Below, piece after piece: positions 56,877-64,000 of a stretch of DNA of 64,000 nt. Under the pieces are notes generated by a model. That model did no database searches. It was not told the DNA's origin and saw only the letters and a list, made by a program, of their open reading frames with translations. Positions within the stretch are counted from its first letter, which is position 1; each line of letters starts with the position of its first letter. Source of the DNA: an uncultured bacterium (GTDB lineage Bacteria; Krumholzibacteriota; Krumholzibacteriia; LZORAL124-64-63); NCBI GenBank assembly GCA_963732385.1, contig CAVSZB010000003.1, positions 160,001 through 224,000 of the forward strand, in the 5' to 3' direction. Position numbers and translations under genes: made by a program.

Positions 56877-57260
56877 ATGATCGATTTCAGCATTTACGGC
56901 GAGCAGACGCCCCACATCAGCGGCTACCGGTGCCTGAAGTGCGGCTCGATCTATTACCCTGCGCCCATGGTGTGCAGGAAGTGCGACGCCCCCCGCGACC
57001 CCTCCACGGGGCGCCATTGGGAGCCCTTCGATCTCGAAGGACCGTGCACCCTGCTTACCTGGACACGGGTGTGGAATCTGCCCGAGGGCTTCAACGTGAA
57101 GTTCCTGATGTTCGCCATGGTGGAGTTCCCGAACGGCCTGCGCGCTTCAGGGCGTCTCGAATGCGAAGGAGACCCGGTTATCGGGGCGAAGCTCGATGCG
57201 AGGGTGATCGAGGCTGACGAACGCCCCGGCCCGGCGGTGAAGGTGTTCGTTTTCAGTTGA
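56877..57260 (+). CDS. Zn-ribbon/OB-fold (DUF35) thiolase partner protein
   Basis: 'RCLKCG...PMVCRKC', 'LLTWT', 'PEGF', 'VEFPNG'. Confidence 0.85.
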   Translation: MIDFSIYGEQTPHISGYRCLKCGSIYYPAPMVCRKCDAPRDPSTGRHWEPFDLEGPCTLLTWTRVWNLPEGFNVKFLMFAMVEFPNGLRASGRLECEGDPVIGAKLDARVIEADERPGPAVKVFVFS

Positions 57261-57291
57261 GACGGGATTCCCGTGAAGGAAGCCCTGATCC

Positions 57292-58224
57292 GTGCATCAC
57301 GTGTCCCTCATAACAACGCGGCGGACCGCGGTCGCGATCGGCTCCGAAGTCCCGGTCGGGGGCTTCGATTTTCGCGTCCACAGCCTGTTCGGCCCGGCGA
57401 TGAATCTGGCGGTTCCGGGACGCCGCGGCCTCATCACGCTCGTCGGTGCAGACGCCGACGATTACCCTCAGGGCATCCGGCTCGCGACGCACGAACGCTT
57501 CGATGCGTGGCCTGTGTCCGCCGGAACGCGCGGTCATCGCGAGGGCGACACGCTGGTGTTCGAAGGCCAGGACGGCGATGATAACCCCGTTGTCGATCTC
57601 TCGGTCGCCGTCAGGGCGACGCGCCGGGCGCCGCCGCGCATCGACCCGGGCGCCAAGACGTCACGCGAAACCTGGGTGGTCTGCGCCCGCCATCTCGACG
57701 CGCTGCAGGAGGAGAAGCGGACGGACCTGCGGCTGGCGGCGCTCTGCGGCGGATCATCCCCGCCTACGCGCCTGGGTGCGCGGCTGGCCGGGGAGGCGCG
57801 CAGGCTGGCGAGCGGTTTGCGCGCGAAGAACGCGGACCTGGCTGGCGGCGCCGCGGCCGGCATGATGGGTCTTGGCGCGGGGCTGACCCCCGCGGGAGAC
57901 GATTTCCTGTGCGGGCTCCTCGCCGCGCTCTGGTGCGCGAGCGGAGAGGGCAGCCAGGAGCGCGGTTTCATGGTCGAGTGGGGCGGGACTCTCGCGGCCC
58001 GGCTGGGGGCGACGACCGTGATCAGCGCGACCTGTCTGGAGTGCGCGATCGCCGGATGTTTCTCCGGAGCGGTGTCCGCGCTCGCCGCCGCCTTCGCCGG
58101 CGATCATGCGCACGAAGGCGCGCGCGCGGCACTGGACGACCTGTGCGCGCATGGTCACAGTTCAGGGATGGATACCGCGACCGGATTCCTGTTCGGACTC
58201 CGGCTCCGGGCCACCGAGGAATGA
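57292..58224 (+). CDS. ylbF: DUF2877/YlbF family protein (AllH-like)
   Basis: 'VHSLF', 'GLGAGLTPAGDDFLCG', 'TTVIS', 'GHSSGMD'. Confidence 0.82.
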   Translation: MHHVSLITTRRTAVAIGSEVPVGGFDFRVHSLFGPAMNLAVPGRRGLITLVGADADDYPQGIRLATHERFDAWPVSAGTRGHREGDTLVFEGQDGDDNPVVDLSVAVRATRRAPPRIDPGAKTSRETWVVCARHLDALQEEKRTDLRLAALCGGSSPPTRLGARLAGEARRLASGLRAKNADLAGGAAAGMMGLGAGLTPAGDDFLCGLLAALWCASGEGSQERGFMVEWGGTLAARLGATTVISATCLECAIAGCFSGAVSALAAAFAGDHAHEGARAALDDLCAHGHSSGMDTATGFLFGLRLRATEE

Positions 58225-58230
58225 GGCGAT

Positions 58231-59046
58231 ATGCTCCACAGCTTTGAATACCGGGCGCCACGGCAGCGCGCCGAGCTCCTCGGGCTCCTCGCCGACCACG
58301 GCGGGGCGGCCAGGCTGCTGGCCGGAGGCACCGATCTGCTCGTCAACATCCGCGCCGGTTCCGTTTCGCCGGCGCTGGTGCTCGATGTCAAGCGCGTGGC
58401 GGGCTATGGCGAGATGTCGTGGAGCGAGGCGGAAGGTCTCGTGATCCGGCCCGCGACGACGATCAACGACATCCTGCGCGATTCGCGAATCCATGAGGAC
58501 TATCCGCTGCTCGTTTCGTGCGCGCGCGACCTCGCGTCCTACCAGATACGCAATCGCGCGACGGTGATCGGCAACATAGTCAACGCGTCGCCGTGCGCCG
58601 ATATGGCGCCGGCCCTGCTGTGCCTGGACGCGTACGCGGTGATCGCCTCGATGAAGGGTGAGCGCGTGGTTCCGCTTCGCGAGTTCTTCACCGGCGTCCG
58701 GCGCACCGTGCTCGCGACCGGTGAAATCATCGACCGCGTCGTGGTGCCCGCCGCGGCCGCCGGCGCTCGCGGCGCATACCGGAAGCTCAAGCGCATCAAT
58801 GGCCACGACCTCGGCATTGTCGGAGTGGCCGTCCACAAGCAGTCCGGAGCAATGCGGCTCGCCATCAGCTCGGCGGCGCCAACGCCCGTGCTCGTGGACG
58901 GGCTCGCGGAGTCCGCGCCCGCCGATACGGTCGTCGCGGCCGTCCGCGAGGCGATCAGCCCCATCAGCGACCTGCGCTGCACGAAGGAGTATCGCGAACA
59001 CATGGTTGAGGTCTTCGTTCGTCGGCTGTTGCTGGAGGTGAAGTAA
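58231..59046 (+). CDS. Xanthine dehydrogenase-family Mo hydroxylase, FAD-binding subunit
   Basis: 'LAGGTDL', 'QIRNRATVIGNIVNASPCAD', 'PISDLRCTKEYR'. Confidence 0.93.
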   Translation: MLHSFEYRAPRQRAELLGLLADHGGAARLLAGGTDLLVNIRAGSVSPALVLDVKRVAGYGEMSWSEAEGLVIRPATTINDILRDSRIHEDYPLLVSCARDLASYQIRNRATVIGNIVNASPCADMAPALLCLDAYAVIASMKGERVVPLREFFTGVRRTVLATGEIIDRVVVPAAAAGARGAYRKLKRINGHDLGIVGVAVHKQSGAMRLAISSAAPTPVLVDGLAESAPADTVVAAVREAISPISDLRCTKEYREHMVEVFVRRLLLEVK

Positions 59047-59531
59047 TGAAGATCTCGGTCACGGTCAACGGACAGGCTTACGAGCGCGAGATAGTGGGAC
59101 ACCGCACGCTGCTGCATTTCCTGCGTGAGGATGTCGGGCTGACGGGCGCCAGGGAGGGCTGCGGCGCCGGCGAGTGTGGCGCCTGCACCGTACTGCTCGA
59201 CGGGCTCGCCGTGAACGCATGCATGATCCTCGCCGTCGAAGCCGACGGGCGCAGGATCGAGACGATCGAAGGCGAGGCGAAGGACGGGCGGCTCTCGGCG
59301 ATCCAGGAGGCGTTCAGCCGCAATCACGCCGTGCAGTGCGGCTTCTGCACCGGCGGCATGATCATGTCTGTACGCGAACTGCTGGCGCGCAACCCGAAAC
59401 CCACGATTGCCGAGATCAAGGCGGGCATCGAGGGCAACTTCTGCCGTTGCACCGGTTACCAGCAGATCATCGAGGCCGTGCTTGACGCGTCCGGTCAGCT
59501 CACGGAAAAGGGCGGGGTGAAGTATGCATGA
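59046..59531 (+). CDS. Xanthine dehydrogenase-family Mo hydroxylase, 2Fe-2S subunit
   Basis: 'GCGAGECGACTV', 'QCGFCTGG', 'GNFCRCTGY'. Confidence 0.95.
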   Translation: MKISVTVNGQAYEREIVGHRTLLHFLREDVGLTGAREGCGAGECGACTVLLDGLAVNACMILAVEADGRRIETIEGEAKDGRLSAIQEAFSRNHAVQCGFCTGGMIMSVRELLARNPKPTIAEIKAGIEGNFCRCTGYQQIIEAVLDASGQLTEKGGVKYA

Positions 59532-61935
59532 GAACGCCGACCCCGGGACGCTGAAGTACGTCGGCAAAAGCAGCGATCGCTCGGAGGTCACCGAGAAGCT
59601 GACCGGCGAGGCCGTCTATACCAGCGACCTGTCGTTTCCCGGCATGCTGCACGCCCAGATCAAGCAGAGCCCGCACGCACGGGCGCGCATCTGCAGCATC
59701 GACACCTCGCAGGCCGAGCGTCTGCCTGGAGTGCGCGCCGTACTCACGGGCGCAGAACTGGACTACCGGCTCGGTCTTTACATTGTCGACAAGCACATCC
59801 TTGCCCGCGGTGAAGTGCGCCACTTCGGCGAAGCCGTCGCCGCGGTCGCCGCGGACACGCTTGCCATCGCCCGGCGCGCGGCCGACCTGATCGAGGTGGA
59901 ATACGCCGTGCTGCCCGCCGTCCTGAACCACATGGACGCACTGAAGGAAGGCGCCCCGCTGGTTCATCCGGACCTTGGCCGGTACGACCACGTCGCCGCG
60001 GCCTTCACGCCGGCTCCGGGCACCAACATCGCGAACCTGACCAGGCTGCGGAAGGGTGACGTCGAGCAGGGCTTTGCCGAATCCGCGTGGCTGATCGAGC
60101 GCGAGTACACGAATCCCTCGGTGCAGCACGTGCCGATGGAGACACACGTCGCGATCGCCGAATGGAAGGCGGGCGACAACATCAACATCTGGTCCAGCGC
60201 GCAGTCGCCGTTCACCGTGCGCAATCTGTTCTGCCATACGTTCGGGCTGCCGCTCAACAAGGTGCGGGTGATGGTGCCGCACGTCGGCGGCGGATTCGGA
60301 GGCAAGGCCGGCATCCATCTCGAGCCCCTCGTGGCCTGCCTCTCGCGCAAGGCGGGCGGCCGGCCGGTCAAATTCCAGGCCACGCGCGAAGAGGAGTTCA
60401 GCCTGCTGCCGTGCCGCAGCGCGCTCACCTACCGGATCAAGACCGGCGTCGCCGCTGACGGCAAAATCATCGCCCAGAAGATGACCATGTATTGGGACGC
60501 CGGCGCCTACGCCGACTACGCGGTGAATGTCACGCGCGCGTCGGGCTACTCCGCTGCGGGTCCCTACGAGATTCCCAACGCCTGGGTGGACGCCTACACG
60601 CTTTACACGAACAAGCCGTACGGCACGGCGTATCGCGGCTTCGGGCACGTTGAGTTCTTCTGGGGGGTCGAGCGCCACATGGAGCTCATCGCCGATGTTA
60701 TCGGCATGGACCCGCTTGAGTTCCGCCGCAGGAACGCGCTCGTGCCCGGTTCGAAAACGTTGACTGGCGAGACGATCACCAGCAACACCGGCGACGTCAC
60801 CCGGTGCATCGACGCGGTTGCCGAGTCGATCGGTTACGGCCGGCTCGATGCTGACGAATCGGCCCGCGAGCAGCGCACCGGCCGCAAGATCGGCAAGGGC
60901 CTCGCGGCATTGCACAAGGCGCCGGCCATGCCGCCGTTCACCGCCTCGGCCATTGTCATCAAGATGAACTCCGACGGCACCGTGGTCGTCAACCTCGGCC
61001 TGACCGAAATCGGCCAGGGCTCCACCACGGCGATGGCGCAGATCGTGGCCGAGCGGCTGAAATTCGATATGGCGAAAGTAAAGATCTGCGTAGACAAGGA
61101 TACCGACCGCGATCCGTACGACTGGCAGACCGTCGCCTCGAAGGGGCTGATCCTGAGTGGAAACGCGGCGATCCTGGCGTGTGATGACCTGCTGGGAAAC
61201 GCGTACAGCGTCGCCGCCCAGGTGCTGCGGGCCCAGGTGCTGGACCTCGATCATGACTCCGAGAAGGTGTTCGTGAAGCACCATCCCGATCACTCGGTGA
61301 CCTTCGCGGCCCTTGCGGTCGGCTATGCGTTTCCCAACGGCAATGCGATCGGCGGTCCGCTCATCGGCGTGGGACGATACGTGGCGCAGGGGCTTTCGAA
61401 CCTCGACAAGGAGACCGGACAGGGCAACCCCGCCCTCGACTGGACCTATGGGGCGCACGGCGTGATCGTGGAGGTGGATCCCGTGAGCGGCGAGTACCAC
61501 GTCCTCAAGATTGCGTCGGCGTTCGACGTCGGCAAGGTGATCAACCCGGAGATCGTGCGCGGCCAGTGCATCGGCGGCATGGTGCAGGGCCTCGGGACCG
61601 CGATCTGCGAAGGCTACATCTACGACGAGCAGGGGCACCTCCTGAACCCGTCGTTTACGGACAACAAGATCCCCACCGCGCGCGATATCCCCGATGTGAT
61701 CGAAAGCATTGCGGTGGAGACGCCGCAGCTCGACGGACCATACGGCGCCCGCGGCGTTGGCGAGCATCCGATGATTTCCGTGGCTCCCGCGCTCGGCAAT
61801 GCCATCAGGCATGCCGTCGGCGCCGAGCTGACGCACATGCCGATTCGGGCCGAGGACGTGTGGCGCGCGATGGGAAACAGGGAATCAATCGATAACTGGA
61901 TCACGAAGACGCCGAACAGGTCCTGCAAAGCGTGA
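59524..61935 (+). CDS. Xanthine dehydrogenase-family Mo hydroxylase, molybdopterin-binding subunit (substrate unknown)
   Basis: 'SPHARARI', 'VGGGFGGK', 'AYRGFG', 'EIGQG', 'GQCIGGMVQGLG', 'GARGVGE' (catalytic Glu). Confidence 0.93.
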   Translation: MHENADPGTLKYVGKSSDRSEVTEKLTGEAVYTSDLSFPGMLHAQIKQSPHARARICSIDTSQAERLPGVRAVLTGAELDYRLGLYIVDKHILARGEVRHFGEAVAAVAADTLAIARRAADLIEVEYAVLPAVLNHMDALKEGAPLVHPDLGRYDHVAAAFTPAPGTNIANLTRLRKGDVEQGFAESAWLIEREYTNPSVQHVPMETHVAIAEWKAGDNINIWSSAQSPFTVRNLFCHTFGLPLNKVRVMVPHVGGGFGGKAGIHLEPLVACLSRKAGGRPVKFQATREEEFSLLPCRSALTYRIKTGVAADGKIIAQKMTMYWDAGAYADYAVNVTRASGYSAAGPYEIPNAWVDAYTLYTNKPYGTAYRGFGHVEFFWGVERHMELIADVIGMDPLEFRRRNALVPGSKTLTGETITSNTGDVTRCIDAVAESIGYGRLDADESAREQRTGRKIGKGLAALHKAPAMPPFTASAIVIKMNSDGTVVVNLGLTEIGQGSTTAMAQIVAERLKFDMAKVKICVDKDTDRDPYDWQTVASKGLILSGNAAILACDDLLGNAYSVAAQVLRAQVLDLDHDSEKVFVKHHPDHSVTFAALAVGYAFPNGNAIGGPLIGVGRYVAQGLSNLDKETGQGNPALDWTYGAHGVIVEVDPVSGEYHVLKIASAFDVGKVINPEIVRGQCIGGMVQGLGTAICEGYIYDEQGHLLNPSFTDNKIPTARDIPDVIESIAVETPQLDGPYGARGVGEHPMISVAPALGNAIRHAVGAELTHMPIRAEDVWRAMGNRESIDNWITKTPNRSCKA

Positions 61936-62353
61936 GGTGCGTGAGGGGGCGTGGCGGCGCATACGTACAGCGGTTGCTACGGGAGCAATAAGTGCGCGGC
62001 GGCGAGTCGCCGGGGTGCGCGGCGCTTCCGGCGGGAATTGCGGTGTCGGTGCGCATGGGGTGCGCCGTCTAAGGTCCTCGTCCCGCGGTCCGGGGGATCT
62101 GAAGCCCGAACCGGACTTATCCCGCACATCGCGCTAGCTTTTCCCAGTACCAGGCTCAGAAAGGCGGGCTCTAAGTATACTTCAGCAAATTAACAATCTT
62201 TAGCGCAAAATACATTTCCGACCCGAAGCGCTGCTATCATTCACTCCTGTAGTCATTTACGGGACCAGTATCCCGACCGCAACCCCCCAATAATGAAAAT
62301 CCCTTGACAGCCGCAGAGCAGGCTACGAATTTGCCCCCGTGCATAGCATCACA

Positions 62354-62371
62354 GTGTGACTTTCTTCACAA
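62354..62371. promoter_or_regulatory. Candidate Rex operator
   Basis: GTGTGACTTTCTTCACAA vs Rex consensus TTGTGAA-N4-TTCACAA (12/14), ~120 bp upstream of a NADH-module operon. Confidence 0.5.
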
Positions 62372-62488
62372 TGTCGATTGCAAATGCTCGTCCAGAACGT
62401 GTAGCAGCTGCCGATAGCATAACGGGAACAGGCGGGCGCTCTTATTCCGCGGGCGTTGATGAGCCTGGCACAGAGGGGAGTCGGGAGC

Positions 62489-62983
62489 ATGAGCAGTCAG
62501 GTTGAAGCTGTCCTGGCGAGTCACCCCGGGGCGGGGCGAGACAAGCTGATCCCGATCCTGCAGGAGGTGCAGGAGGCCGAGGGCTACCTGTCGGAGCCGG
62601 CGATCGTGGCGATAGGCCGGCACCTGAAGCTGCCGGCCAGCAAGATCTACGGGGTGGCCACCTTCTACAACCAGTTCCGCTTCGCGCCAAAGGGGCGCTT
62701 CCACGTCATGATCTGCCGCGGCACCGCCTGTCACGTGAAGGGCTCGGCCAAGGTGCTCGATACGGTGACCCGGTCGCTGCGCCTGGAGCCGGGGCAGACC
62801 TCCCGCGACGGGCTGTTCAGCCTCGAGGTGGTGGCGTGCATGGGCGCCTGCGCCCTGTCGCCGGCGATCGCCATCAACGGGCAGTTCTTTCCGAAGGTGT
62901 CGCCCACGAAGATCGTCAAGCTGCTGGACCAGTGCCGGCAGGAAGCGGCGGCGAAGACCCCGGATGCGGTGACCAACGCGTGA
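62489..62983 (+). CDS. NuoE/HydC-like 2Fe-2S subunit
   Basis: 'LIPILQEVQEAEGYL', 'GVATFYNQF', 'CRGTACHVKG', 'ACMGACAL'. Confidence 0.92.
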   Translation: MSSQVEAVLASHPGAGRDKLIPILQEVQEAEGYLSEPAIVAIGRHLKLPASKIYGVATFYNQFRFAPKGRFHVMICRGTACHVKGSAKVLDTVTRSLRLEPGQTSRDGLFSLEVVACMGACALSPAIAINGQFFPKVSPTKIVKLLDQCRQEAAAKTPDAVTNA

Positions 62984-63043
62984 CGAAGTAACCCCCCGCG
63001 CCGGCGGTCGGGCCGCGGGCGGCGGGGCCGAGGAGAGTACGTC

Positions 63044-64000
63044 ATGATGCGATTCGCCAATGAACGGCAGCTGGAAACCTACCGAGAGTCCCTCAAGGCC
63101 GCACACGACCCGACCAGAACGCGCATCTGCGTGTGCGGCGGCACGGGGTGCAACGCGCAGGGGTCGATCGATCTGGTGCGCGAGCTGCGGGCGGCGGTCG
63201 GGAAGTACGGGCTGGCCGACAGGGTCGAGGTCAAGGCCACCGGGTGCCACGGCTTCTGCGAGAAGGGGCCGGTAGTGGTGGTGCGGCCCGAGAACATCTT
63301 CTACGTGCTCGTGAAGCCGGACGACGCCGACGAACTGGTGCGGGTGACCTGCGTCGAGAAAGGCGTGGTTGAGCGGCTGCAGTACATCGACCCGACCTCC
63401 GGGCAGCGCATCTTGCGTGAGCAGGACGTGCCATTCTACAAGCAGCAGATGCGCGTCATTCTGGGCGACAACGGGCACCTCGACCCCACCTCCATCGACG
63501 ACTACCTGCTCAACGGCGGCTACATGGCGCTGGGGAAGGCCCTCACGAACCTGACGCCGGAAGACGTCATCGACGAAGTGAAGCGCGCCGGGCTGCGCGG
63601 GCGCGGGGGAGCCGGCTTCCCCACCGCCCGCAAGTGGGAGCTGTGCCGCCAGCAGCCGGGCGACGAGAAATACATCATCTGCAACGCCGATGAGGGCGAT
63701 CCGGGCGCCTACATGAACCGCTCGGAGCTGGAAGGCAATCCGCACCTCATGATCGAGGGCATGATGATCGGGGCCTACGCCATCGGGGCGAGCAAGGCCT
63801 ACATCTACTGCCGCGCGGAGTATCCCCTGGCGATCGAGCAGGTGGAACGGGCGATCGCGCAGGCCCGGGAATGCGGGCTGCTCGGGGAGAACATCCTCGA
63901 CAGCGGCTTCAGCCTCGACATGGTCATCAAGATGGGCGCCGGCGCCTTCGTGTGCGGCGAGGAGACCGCCCTCATGGCCAGCATCGAGGGCAAGCGCGGC
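63044..64000 (+). CDS. NuoF/HydB-like FMN/NADH subunit with N-terminal thioredoxin-like 2Fe-2S domain, truncated by the window end
   Basis: AGGAG RBS; translated by hand: 'ICVCGGTGC', 'TGCHGFCEKGP', 'GLRGRGGAGFPT', 'ICNADEGDPGAYMNRS', 'GAGAFVCGEETAL'. Confidence 0.9.
   Translation, partial: MMRFANERQLETYRESLKAAHDPTRTRICVCGGTGCNAQGSIDLVRELRAAVGKYGLADRVEVKATGCHGFCEKGPVVVVRPENIFYVLVKPDDADELVRVTCVEKGVVERLQYIDPTSGQRILREQDVPFYKQQMRVILGDNGHLDPTSIDDYLLNGGYMALGKALTNLTPEDVIDEVKRAGLRGRGGAGFPTARKWELCRQQPGDEKYIICNADEGDPGAYMNRSELEGNPHLMIEGMMIGAYAIGASKAYIYCRAEYPLAIEQVERAIAQARECGLLGENILDSGFSLDMVIKMGAGAFVCGEETALMASIEGKRG

Noticed and set aside
59039..59047. TGAAGTAAT at the Mo-hydroxylase FAD-subunit stop matches the putative IS guide
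   Set aside because: Short match expected by chance, and the site is unoccupied; noted only as a possible secondary target.
59524..61935. Aerobic CO dehydrogenase CoxL
   Set aside because: The active-site loop is AYRGFG, not AYxCSFR (form I) or AYxGAGR (form II).
61936..62340. Long intergenic region as an ncRNA or tRNA
   Set aside because: No cloverleaf, recognisable RNA motif or second copy to support structure.

Overview
High-GC bacterial chromosomal window, probably from an FCB-superphylum candidate lineage (Krumholzibacteriota/Latescibacterota-like). That placement is inferred from five secreted proteins that end in a FlgD-Ig/T9SS-like C-terminal domain. From left to right it contains: a frameshifted membrane glycosyltransferase; yihY, PAS and osmC genes; secreted S8 and M6 proteases; system II cytochrome c maturation (resB/resC); LamG, FN3 and PEGA surface proteins; rlmH; an 11-subunit complex I-like operon lacking nuoEFG; and an M48 peptidase. 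A 13-kb tandem array of three ~1040-aa secreted paralogues follows, delimited by four copies of a ~65-bp terminator-containing repeat. An IS110-family (IS1111-type) element sits exactly in the stop codon of the middle paralogue and carries a readable bridge/seekRNA-like 3' non-coding region. Next come an ABC exporter, an alanine/glycine:cation symporter, a duplicated lipoprotein with a conserved structured leader, and a polyferredoxin/HMA cluster. An 11-kb catabolic operon (fdrA-ylbE-cyclase-GNAT-Cys-less thiolase-DUF35-ylbF-Mo hydroxylase) is followed by the start of a NuoE/NuoF(HydC/HydB)-like operon with a candidate Rex site. No CRISPR, tRNA or rRNA was seen. All calls come from motif recognition by eye; no database searches were run.
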